Of a stretch of DNA of 64,000 bases, positions 10,110-18,818 are shown in pieces. The position numbers and the translations under genes were made by a program. Each line of letters starts with the position of its first letter. Position 1 is the first letter of the stretch. The notes below the pieces were generated by a model. That model searched no databases and had not been told where the DNA came from. It saw nothing but the letters and a program-made list of their open reading frames with translations. Location: the NCBI GenBank assembly GCA_019058445.1, contig JAHPZA010000010.1, forward strand, positions 160,001 through 224,000, given 5' to 3'. Source of the stretch: Promethearchaeota archaeon (GTDB taxonomy: Archaea; Asgardarchaeota; Lokiarchaeia; Sigyniarchaeales; SOKP01).

Positions 10110-11159
10110 GTGAGATATATGGAGCAAATAATAATAACTGGAGCTGATGGATTCTTAGGATCTCATTTAACTGACTTCCTGATAAATAAAGGTTATTTCA
10201 TTTCTGCATTAAAAAAGCCTTCAGGTGAAGTGAATAATTTATATCAATATACCAGTGGTAAACGTAATTTCTCAAAAAAAGAATTACATATTTATCACGG
10301 AAAACGAATTGAAATACCAACCAATCAGAAAAATCTAATTATCCTAGAGTGTGATTTGAAAAATAGAGAATTATTAGCTTTAATTATAAAGAAGTCCAAT
10401 CCAAAATTCATATTTCATTTTGGAGCTCAGCCATTTGTGATCCCCTCATGGGAAGATCCCGTGAATACCATCGAAACAAATGTAATAGGCACAATAAATA
10501 TCTTCGAACCAATAAAAAAATATAAAATTAATTCAAAAATTATCGTAGCATGCTCGAGTGCAGAATATGGAACAACTACCAAGTTAAATCGAGCACTTAA
10601 GGAGACAGATCACCTTTTGGCAATTCACCCATACGGAATCAGTAAGGTTGCTTCCGAACTCCTTGCTCGTCAATATTATATAAATTTCGGTATAGAAAGT
10701 GTTATATTAAGATTTTTTAATCAAACTGGCCCTCGAAAAGTTCATGATGCCTGTTCTGATTTTGTAACAAGAATTGCGCAAATTGAGTTAGGATTAGTTG
10801 AGCCTATAATTGAGGTGGGAAATTTAGATCCATATAGAGATTTCACAGGAATAAAAGACTCGATACAGGCAATATGGTTAGCAGCAACTAAGGGAAAACC
10901 TGGTGAGACTTATAATATATGTTCAAGTAAAAAAATTCAAATACGTGAAGTTCTAAAAATTGCTTTAAGTTTCTCAAAAAAAGAGATCAGAGTACAAGAG
11001 AATACCCCCGATAAATTAAGAAAAACAGATGAAGATATAATTCTAGGTGATAATACAAAAATCAAGAGGGAATTAGGATATAATATTACACAATCTATTG
11101 AAAGCATCTTAAAAGAAATGTTTGACTATTGGATTGACTATTTTCAAAAAAATGAATAG
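10110..11159 (+). CDS. GDP-sugar 4,6-dehydratase/reductase (GMD/RMD/DmhA-like extended SDR), copy 2
   Basis: Motifs GADGFLG, CSSAEYG, PYGISK, RFFNQTGP and VGNLDPYRDF; tandem paralogue of the previous gene. Confidence 0.85.
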   Translation: MRYMEQIIITGADGFLGSHLTDFLINKGYFISALKKPSGEVNNLYQYTSGKRNFSKKELHIYHGKRIEIPTNQKNLIILECDLKNRELLALIIKKSNPKFIFHFGAQPFVIPSWEDPVNTIETNVIGTINIFEPIKKYKINSKIIVACSSAEYGTTTKLNRALKETDHLLAIHPYGISKVASELLARQYYINFGIESVILRFFNQTGPRKVHDACSDFVTRIAQIELGLVEPIIEVGNLDPYRDFTGIKDSIQAIWLAATKGKPGETYNICSSKKIQIREVLKIALSFSKKEIRVQENTPDKLRKTDEDIILGDNTKIKRELGYNITQSIESILKEMFDYWIDYFQKNE

Positions 11160-11213
11160 ACAATTAATAAATAATAGAGTTTAGATAACAATACAATTAA
11201 AAATTTAAGATTA

Positions 11214-12311
11214 ATGTCAAAAATTATTTATCTAGTTGCCGGCGCGAGACCCAATTTTATGAAAATTGCTCCCTTGATAAGGGAATTAGAAAAAAGAAAT
11301 CTAGAGTATAAACTGATACATACTGGTCAACATTATGATTATGAAATGTCAAAGATCTTCTTTGACAGGCTAGGGATCCCAGAGCCAGATGTATACTTGA
11401 ACATAGGGTCCGCATCTCATGCCGTTCAGACTGCAAAAATTATGATTGAATTCGAAAAAGTTATTTTAAATGAGAGGCCATCAATGGTAGTTGTGGTTGG
11501 AGATGTAAATTCCACCTTAGCTTGTTCGCTTGTTGCAAAAAAGCTTGATATTAAAATTGCACATGTTGAAGCAGGATTAAGAAGCTTTGACCAGAGTATG
11601 CCAGAAGAAATTAATCGAATTCTTACAGATCAGTTGTCTGATTTGTTATTCATAACAGAGCCTTCGGCAGAAACTAATTTAAAAAGAGAGGGCATCGAAC
11701 AGAATAAAATTTATTTTGTAGGAAATATAATGATTGACAATTTGTTAATGAATTTAGAGAAAGCAAAACCACTTAATACTTTAACAAAATATAATTTAAA
11801 ATCAAAAGATTTTGCTCTCATGACGATTCATCGACCATCGAACGTGGATAACGCAGCAAGTTTAGAAAAAATTACAGAAATAATCAATTTCATTCAAGAA
11901 AAAATGAAAATATTCTTTCCTATTCATCCACGTACTAGAAAAAGATTACAAGAGTTCGATTTAGAAAAAAAACTCGTCGGCTCTAATTTAGTTTTAACAG
12001 AACCTGTTGGTTATTTAAAATTCTTAAATTTAATGTTGAACTCCAGAGTAGTTCTGACTGATTCAGGTGGAATCCAAGAAGAAGCTTCTTACCTTAAGAT
12101 ACCCGTTTTAACTCTCAGAAAAAATACCGAAAGACCTATTACAATAGAAAAGGGTACAAATGAACTGGTAGACACTGATTTTGAAAAAATTAAGATGTAT
12201 ATTAATCAAATTCTCACGAGTACCTACAAAACAAGTCAAAAAATCGAGAAATGGGATGGGAAAACCTCTGAAAGAATAGTAAATATTATTGAAAAAGAAA
12301 TAATAGGCTGA
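11214..12311 (+). CDS. wecB: UDP-N-acetylglucosamine 2-epimerase (non-hydrolysing)
   Basis: Motifs GARPNFMK, HTGQHYD, HVEAGLRS, MPEEINR, TDSGGIQEE and TERP. Confidence 0.95.
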   Translation: MSKIIYLVAGARPNFMKIAPLIRELEKRNLEYKLIHTGQHYDYEMSKIFFDRLGIPEPDVYLNIGSASHAVQTAKIMIEFEKVILNERPSMVVVVGDVNSTLACSLVAKKLDIKIAHVEAGLRSFDQSMPEEINRILTDQLSDLLFITEPSAETNLKREGIEQNKIYFVGNIMIDNLLMNLEKAKPLNTLTKYNLKSKDFALMTIHRPSNVDNAASLEKITEIINFIQEKMKIFFPIHPRTRKRLQEFDLEKKLVGSNLVLTEPVGYLKFLNLMLNSRVVLTDSGGIQEEASYLKIPVLTLRKNTERPITIEKGTNELVDTDFEKIKMYINQILTSTYKTSQKIEKWDGKTSERIVNIIEKEIIG

Positions 12312-12363
12312 AAAATTTTTTTATTGTTCTAATAATGACAATAAAAATAGTAAATTAATAGTA

Positions 12364-15300
12364 TTATTTTATTATCTCAACAAGGATTTTGATTTCTTTC
12401 CCTTGAATTTTAAAAATAAATGGTTTACCTTTTTTTCCTTTACTAATTTTAGTACAACCAATTTCTTCTTTAACAATATCAAGAAAATCTCCTAATTCTT
12501 TTTCTATGTCTATACCATTGATAACGTTGATTATAATTTTTTCTTTAAATCGAGATAAGTTCAACTCTTTACGTATATTTTGGAGGTTCCTAATAAATTC
12601 TCTAGAAAAACCTTCTCTCAATAATTCATTATCTAATTTTGAGTTGATTAAAATTGAGCCAATACTTAAAACCTTAACATCATAGGGATCTTTACCGTTT
12701 TGGTTAATTTGCGCATGCTCTTTTGTGATTTCATACTCTTTTTTATTTATCTTCGTTTTAAATTTTCCTTTAAGCATTTTTTGCTTAAAATCCTCCAAAT
12801 CCATGGAACTTAAGAATTTTTCGATTTTTTCCCGATCTCTTTTAAAATCTTTGCCAATTGCAACCTTATTTAAAATGAGTTCTTCAGTATATAAAGATTT
12901 TGCCTTCTTTTCATCAATAAATTTAATATCTTTAACATTTAGCTCAGATTTAATTAGATTATCAAATTTTTCGACAATAGATTTATGTTTATCATCTAAA
13001 TTCATTAAATATTCTTTAATGGGTTGTCTTATCTTAATTTTCACTTGTTCTCTTAAAGCACGTAAGTCTTGAGTCAAATCAATTACAAACTCCATTTCTT
13101 CAATAATAAAATCATTAATAAATTTCTCTTGTCCTTCTGGGAAATCGGTTAAATGAACTGATTTTGCCTCCTTCATATAGTCAAAATCCTCGTGCATTTT
13201 CAAGAAAACTCTCTCTGTTAAAAATGGAACAAAAGGAGCCATTATTTTATTTAAAATATCAAAATTGTAATAGAGAACATTATAGGTCTCCTGATCTTTC
13301 TCAAGTAATCGCTTTCTTACTAATCGTAAATACCAATTGCTTAATTGGTTAATAATAAAATCTTGGATTATATCTGCAGCTTTAAAAATTAAATAATCGT
13401 CAAGCAATTCTTTCACTTCTTGTGCTAATGAATTAATTTTACTCACTAACCAAATGTCCAGTGGATCATTTAATTTTTGAGGATTAAAATTCAATGAGGG
13501 GGTGATTTCATTATTGATTGCATTATTATGAAATAATAAGAATGAATTCCAATATTTTACAATAAATTGAGATACTATATATCTTACCATATCTACACTC
13601 ATACGTTTTTCTTTATGGGGAGGTCCTGAAACGTAATACAACCACCTAAGTGCATCTGAACCCTCTGAATTAAAAATAGTCCAAGGATCTATGGTATTAC
13701 CTAAACTTTTACTCATTTTACGCCCTTCAGCGTCTAGGATTATCCCATTTACAACGCAGTTATGAAACGCATTTTGGTTAAAAACTACTGTAGCTATCGC
13801 ATGGAGCGTATAAAACCAACCTCTTGTTTGATCCATACCCTCGGCAATAAAGTCAACCGGATAAGCCCCTCCTTTTTCAACCAGATCTTTATTCTCGAAA
13901 GGATAATGATATTGAGCAAATGGAGCTGCTCCAGAATCATACCAACAATCAATCACTTCTGGGGTTCTACTCATATCACTTTTACATTTAGGGCATGGGA
14001 TTACAACCTCATCTATCATTGGTTTGTGGTAATCTTCTAACACCACATTATCCTTAGATAATTTTTTTAATTCATCATAAGAACCTATGGCTAACATATG
14101 GTTGCATTCTTTATCATTACATATCCAAATTGGCAATGGGGTACCCCAAAATCTTTCTCGAGAAATTGCCCAATCTCTCACATTATCTAAGAAATTGCCA
14201 AACCGTCCAGTTCCTATCATTTTTGGAACCCAATTCACTTTGGCATTGGTTTCCAATAACTCTTCTCTGAATCGAGACATCTCTATAAACCACGATTCTC
14301 GAGCATAGTATAATAACGCTCGCTTACATCGCCAACAGAATGGATAATCGTGCGCATAATCTCTTACATCTAATAACTTTCCCATTTTTTTTAATTGATC
14401 GATAACCCATTGATCAGTATCCCATACTTTTTTCTTTCCAATATCTTCTCTATGAATCTTAAAATATTTGCCTGCAAGTTCTGGGATGGATTCATCAAAA
14501 TACCCTTTCTCATCAATTGGCTGTATAAATGGAAGGTCATATTCTTGTCCAACATTATAATCATCCTCTCCAAACGCAGGTGCGATATGTACAAATCCAG
14601 TTGAAATATTGTCTGAAGTGGGTTCAGTATTGACAAAATCTGCTGTTATAACGATAAATCCATTTTCCTCCGATAAATGCTCGAAATATGGGAATAATGG
14701 CTCATATTTCTGATACAGTAAATCTGAACCAAAGAATTCTCTAATTTTTTTATAATTACCTTCTCCTAAAACAGTATCTAATAACGTGGTGGCAATTATT
14801 AGTTTTTCATCATTATATTCGACCAACGAATAGCGCCCATCAGGATTTGCAGCTATAGCAACATTACTTAATAAGGTCCAAGGTGTAGTTGTCCATGCAA
14901 CTATCTTTACATCTTTATAATTCGGATCTAATAGTTTAAAAGTGATATATATGGATGTCTCTGTTATATTTTCATAACCAAGAGAGATTTCATGTGAAGA
15001 TAAGGGAGTTTCACAGCGCGGACAAAAAGGAACCACTTTTTTACCTAAATAAAGCAAGTTCTGATCAAATATTTGTTTTAATGACCACCAAACTGACTCG
15101 ATATAATAATTTTCATAGGTGATATAGGGATTTTTCATGTCCAACCAAAACGCCATTCTCTCTGTTAATTTCTCCCATTCTCTGATATATCTAAATACAC
15201 TTTCACGACATTTCTCGTTAAATTTGTCAATTCCATAATCTAAAATGTCCTTTTTTGTTTTAAGACCTAATTCTTTTTCAATTTCAAGCTCCACAGGTAA

Positions 15301-15543
15301 TCCATGGGTGTCCCACCCTGCCTTTCTTGGAACCCAATAGCCTTCCATAAATTTAAACCGTAAAATTATATCTTTTATGCTTCGTGCATATACATGGTGG
15401 ATACCCGGCAGTCCATTGGCCGTGGGAGGACCTTCAGTGAATTGATACCTACCTAATGGCTTTTCTGCTTCTAAAATTAATTTAATTATTGAAATTGAGT
15501 CCCAATAGTCTAAAATCTTTTGCTCTTCTTCGGGTAAAGTCAT
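12364..15543 (-). CDS. ileS: Isoleucyl-tRNA synthetase, type 2, with GIHH signature
   Basis: Motifs EGPPTANGLPGIHH, GWDTHGLPVE, WTTTPWTL, DWAISRERFWGTP, EGMDQTRGWF and KMSKS. Confidence 0.97.
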   Translation of the reverse strand: MTLPEEEQKILDYWDSISIIKLILEAEKPLGRYQFTEGPPTANGLPGIHHVYARSIKDIILRFKFMEGYWVPRKAGWDTHGLPVELEIEKELGLKTKKDILDYGIDKFNEKCRESVFRYIREWEKLTERMAFWLDMKNPYITYENYYIESVWWSLKQIFDQNLLYLGKKVVPFCPRCETPLSSHEISLGYENITETSIYITFKLLDPNYKDVKIVAWTTTPWTLLSNVAIAANPDGRYSLVEYNDEKLIIATTLLDTVLGEGNYKKIREFFGSDLLYQKYEPLFPYFEHLSEENGFIVITADFVNTEPTSDNISTGFVHIAPAFGEDDYNVGQEYDLPFIQPIDEKGYFDESIPELAGKYFKIHREDIGKKKVWDTDQWVIDQLKKMGKLLDVRDYAHDYPFCWRCKRALLYYARESWFIEMSRFREELLETNAKVNWVPKMIGTGRFGNFLDNVRDWAISRERFWGTPLPIWICNDKECNHMLAIGSYDELKKLSKDNVVLEDYHKPMIDEVVIPCPKCKSDMSRTPEVIDCWYDSGAAPFAQYHYPFENKDLVEKGGAYPVDFIAEGMDQTRGWFYTLHAIATVVFNQNAFHNCVVNGIILDAEGRKMSKSLGNTIDPWTIFNSEGSDALRWLYYVSGPPHKEKRMSVDMVRYIVSQFIVKYWNSFLLFHNNAINNEITPSLNFNPQKLNDPLDIWLVSKINSLAQEVKELLDDYLIFKAADIIQDFIINQLSNWYLRLVRKRLLEKDQETYNVLYYNFDILNKIMAPFVPFLTERVFLKMHEDFDYMKEAKSVHLTDFPEGQEKFINDFIIEEMEFVIDLTQDLRALREQVKIKIRQPIKEYLMNLDDKHKSIVEKFDNLIKSELNVKDIKFIDEKKAKSLYTEELILNKVAIGKDFKRDREKIEKFLSSMDLEDFKQKMLKGKFKTKINKKEYEITKEHAQINQNGKDPYDVKVLSIGSILINSKLDNELLREGFSREFIRNLQNIRKELNLSRFKEKIIINVINGIDIEKELGDFLDIVKEEIGCTKISKGKKGKPFIFKIQGKEIKILVEIIK

Positions 15544-16019
15544 ACTGTATCAGTGATGTTTTTTAAAAATTTCTATCATAACTATAAACATGTATTTTAT
15601 AAGAATTTTGGGATTCTTCTCTAAAAAGACTAACTTCTAGATCAAAATTCTAAATTATAAGAAGATTTATTAGTATAATTGAATATGTTTAGAGCTTTTT
15701 TACGCTCTAATATTAATACATATCTATAATCCTTCATCATAAGGTCATAATTTCTCATAATTTTGATAAACCTTTTATGTAATTTGCAATATTTTAGTTT
15801 TAGCTTAATAGGCCAATAATAGAATTCCAAATATCCAAAATTTCATACTTTATTGATTTAACATGGATATAACACAATTTTCATAATTATAGCTCTAAAA
15901 ATAGTTATTTAAAACCATTAAGTGGCAGGAAGGATCTTCAATGCCATGTAATTACATAACATTAAATACTAATAATTCTTAATTAAATATAATTAAAAAA
16001 TATTAAAAGATGAAATTTC

Positions 16020-16154
16020 ATGAAAACCAGAAATATTCCTCATTTGTCAAACAAAGAAAAAGAATATTTCTTCCAAGGTCTTATGATTGGAATTATAATT
16101 GGTATAATAATTTTTATGTGTATTTCATGTTGTTTTGGTTTGTTGAATAATTAA
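16020..16154 (+). CDS. 44-aa single-TM microprotein (paralogue of 17189..17320)
   Basis: Manual translation MKTRNIPHLSNKEKEYFFQGLMIGIIIGIIIFMCISCCFGLLNN*. Shares SNKEKxxFFxGxxIGxIxG with the ORF at 17189. Confidence 0.65.
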   Translation: MKTRNIPHLSNKEKEYFFQGLMIGIIIGIIIFMCISCCFGLLNN

Positions 16155-16181
16155 AACACAATATTAACAAATTGATAAAAA

Positions 16182-16334
16182 TTGAAAGATTGGGATATAG
16201 GGCAAGAAGCGAGAGAATTAGATGAGAGACCGATTTATGAACGAATGAAGATAAAGAAAACTTCAATAAAAAAAATAATGGGTTCTCTTATAATTTACTT
16301 CATTATTATGGGTATTTTCTATATCGTTCTCTGA
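16182..16334 (+). CDS. 50-aa tail-anchored microprotein
   Basis: TTG start; MKDWDIGQEARELDERPIYERMKIKKTSIKKIMGSLIIYFIIMGIFYIVL*. The stop is 13 nt before the TSUP start, and the stop/spacer contains GAGGA. Confidence 0.55.
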   Translation: MKDWDIGQEARELDERPIYERMKIKKTSIKKIMGSLIIYFIIMGIFYIVL

Positions 16335-16347
16335 TGAGGATATAACT

Positions 16348-17142
16348 ATGTTTAAACTAATTCTTTTAGTTATAATATTGGCATTTATCTTTGAAACGTT
16401 AGATTCAGCCGCCGGAATGGGTTTCGGAACATGTATGGCTCCATTTTTATTTTTATTAGGATATAGTCCACTTCAGGTTGTGCCTTCTTTATTAATATCG
16501 GAAGCTATTACAGGTTTAATCGATGCCTTTTTTGATCACGAATTTGGAAATGTTCAATTTTCATTTAGACCATTGAATGACCCTACAAAATTAACACTTC
16601 AAGTAGCTATTTTTGGTTGTATAGCAATTTTCTTGTCTATTTTTCTTACATATATTGCTTTTAAATCACCTGTTATGATTATAAAAATATATGTAGCGAT
16701 TTTAGTTTTAACTATGGGGTTTATCGGCTTAATTCGTTTGAAAATTAAAAAAAAAACCGAAATTACCTTAAAACCTAAATTATTTATTGCTTTTTCAGTC
16801 CTTGCTGGATTTAATAAAGGAATTGGAGGAGGAGGATATGGTCCGGTAATAACCATGGGTCAGATTTATTGTGGTGTTTATGAAAAGTCAGCAACTGCGA
16901 TTGTATCTCTCGCAGAAGCCTTAGTATCTATTACAGGCATCTTTACATTCTTGTTGATAACTATAGCCGGAATAGAATTAGATTTAGTACTTTTACCATC
17001 TATTTTTACAGGAGGATTTATCGCTGCTATTTTATCACCATATTTAGTAAGGATAATGCCCAATTTAATTTGGAAAATTATTATTCCTATTTATGCAATA
17101 ATTATGGGAATAATATCTCTATTATTAATAACAATTCTTTAA
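16348..17142 (+). CDS. TSUP (TauE/SafE) family sulfur-compound transporter
   Basis: About 8 TM segments with the two Gly-rich repeats DSAAGMGFG and NKGIGGGGYGP. Confidence 0.88.
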   Translation: MFKLILLVIILAFIFETLDSAAGMGFGTCMAPFLFLLGYSPLQVVPSLLISEAITGLIDAFFDHEFGNVQFSFRPLNDPTKLTLQVAIFGCIAIFLSIFLTYIAFKSPVMIIKIYVAILVLTMGFIGLIRLKIKKKTEITLKPKLFIAFSVLAGFNKGIGGGGYGPVITMGQIYCGVYEKSATAIVSLAEALVSITGIFTFLLITIAGIELDLVLLPSIFTGGFIAAILSPYLVRIMPNLIWKIIIPIYAIIMGIISLLLITIL

Positions 17143-17188
17143 ATATGTGATTTTAACCAAAAAAATACAATAATTCAAGTGAAAATCT

Positions 17189-17320
17189 ATGAGAGATAAT
17201 AGTAAATTAAAAGCGTCTAATAAAGAAAAAAAAATGTTCTTTTATGGTGTTATAATTGGCGTTATCTTAGGATTTTTGCTTGTTATAGTTTTAATTGGAT
17301 TTATTGAATCAAAAATTTAA
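17189..17320 (+). CDS. 43-aa single-TM microprotein (paralogue of 16020..16154)
   Basis: Manual translation MRDNSKLKASNKEKKMFFYGVIIGVILGFLLVIVLIGFIESKI*. Confidence 0.65.
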   Translation: MRDNSKLKASNKEKKMFFYGVIIGVILGFLLVIVLIGFIESKI

Positions 17321-17377
17321 AAGAATACCTTTAATTATAGATAATTAATCAAAAAATATAAACGAAATATAAGAAAC

Positions 17378-17617
17378 ATGTCAGAAGAAGAACATAAGGT
17401 TGAATATACTACTGTATCAATACCCAAAATTCTTGCAGATAAAATTAAGGAAAGGATGAAAGGGACTGGATTTGCTTCAGTCTCCGCATATGTAACTTAT
17501 GTAATTCGACAGGTACTTTCTTCAATTGAAGAAGAAGAGAAATCTAAAGAAGCATTTACTAAGGAAGAAGAAGAAAAAGTCAAACAGCGTTTAAGAGATT
17601 TAGGATATATAGATTAA
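17378..17617 (+). CDS. CopG/ribbon-helix-helix protein with C-terminal EEEEKVKQRLRDLGYI tail
   Basis: YTTVSIP beta-ribbon and G-F-x-SVS-x-YV helix pattern. Confidence 0.85.
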   Translation: MSEEEHKVEYTTVSIPKILADKIKERMKGTGFASVSAYVTYVIRQVLSSIEEEEKSKEAFTKEEEEKVKQRLRDLGYID

Positions 17618-17641
17618 TAAAAATTAAAAGAGAGAATAAGT

Positions 17642-18787
17642 ATGATTCAACCACATGGAGGTACTTTAATAAATAAGGAACTGCCTAAAATGGAAAAGCA
17701 GCGAATTTTAGCGCAGATTGATGAATTTGAGAAGATTCAAGTAGACTCAGAAACCTGGAAAGTAATAAAGAATATTGCTTTTGGAGTTTTCAGCCCTTTG
17801 GAAGGCTTTATGAATCAAAATGATACTTCACATGTCCTTGACCACATGTATTTAGAAAGCAATATTGCCTGGCCTTTTCCAATTGTACTTGATATCTCCG
17901 AAAGTCAAGCGAATAAAATCAATGTAGATGATAGTGTCATATTAACTGATAATTCAATTACACCAATTGCATTATTGAACGTCAGTGATATTTATAATTA
18001 TAATAAAAAATATTTTGCGGAACAAGTATATGGAACTTTGGATCGCAACCACCCTGGTGTTGAAAAGATATTTAATCAAAAAGAGAAATTAATCGGGGGG
18101 GAAATTTTTCTAATAAACGAGCTTCCCTCAATGTTTCCAGATTTAGACCTAAAACCTTTAGAAACTAGAGTGTTATTTAAAGAAAAGAAATGGGACAGAG
18201 TAGTTGCATTTCAAACAAGAAACCCTCCACATTTGGGGCATGAATATGTGCAAAAAGCGGGTTTAACTTATGTTGACGGATTATTTATTAATCCAGTAAT
18301 TGGGAAAAAAAAATCAGGGGATTTTTTAGATGAGGTTATTGTTGAATCCTATAAGGTTTTAATAAAAGAATACTATCCCAAAGACCGTGTAGTGTTAAGT
18401 ACATTTGAAACCGAAATGAGATATGCTGGACCAAAAGAGGCAATTTTTCATGCAATAGCACGAAAAAATTTTGGTTGCGACCATATTATTATCGGAAGAG
18501 ATCATGCGGGAGTTGGAAATTTTTATGGACCTTATGATGCCCATCAAATCTTTGAACAGTTTCCCGACTTAGGAATAGAACCGATCTTTTTTAGGTCCTT
18601 TTCACGATGTAGAAAATGTGATAGTGTTGTCAATGATAAGATTTGTCCTCATCCCCCGGATGACCATATATTTTTTAGTGGTACAAAAATAAGAGATATC
18701 CTAATTTCAGGGAAAGAACCGACGCCAGATATTATGCGTCCTGAAGTTGCTAAAGTTATTTTAGGATATAATAATCCATTCTGTTAA
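17642..18787 (+). CDS. sat: Sulfate adenylyltransferase (ATP sulfurylase)
   Basis: Motifs PHGG, FSPLEGFM, AFQTRNPPHLGHE, MRYAGPKEA, GRDHAGVG and SGTKIR. Confidence 0.97.
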   Translation: MIQPHGGTLINKELPKMEKQRILAQIDEFEKIQVDSETWKVIKNIAFGVFSPLEGFMNQNDTSHVLDHMYLESNIAWPFPIVLDISESQANKINVDDSVILTDNSITPIALLNVSDIYNYNKKYFAEQVYGTLDRNHPGVEKIFNQKEKLIGGEIFLINELPSMFPDLDLKPLETRVLFKEKKWDRVVAFQTRNPPHLGHEYVQKAGLTYVDGLFINPVIGKKKSGDFLDEVIVESYKVLIKEYYPKDRVVLSTFETEMRYAGPKEAIFHAIARKNFGCDHIIIGRDHAGVGNFYGPYDAHQIFEQFPDLGIEPIFFRSFSRCRKCDSVVNDKICPHPPDDHIFFSGTKIRDILISGKEPTPDIMRPEVAKVILGYNNPFC

Positions 18788-18818
18788 TTAAAAATCAAAA
18801 ATATTAAGGAGCAATTAT

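Noticed and set aside
2058-14636. Short ORFs overlapping real genes (2058, 2711, 3729, 3826, 4228, 7158, 12725, 13164, 13762, 14087, 14391, 14395)
   Set aside because: Antisense or alternate-frame shadows of well-supported genes, with no recognisable motifs.
15642-15950. 62-aa ORF and a nearby 'LHGIEDP' peptide reminiscent of HsdM
   Set aside because: Too short, surrounded by stops and with no further matching motifs; cannot be supported as a gene or pseudogene.
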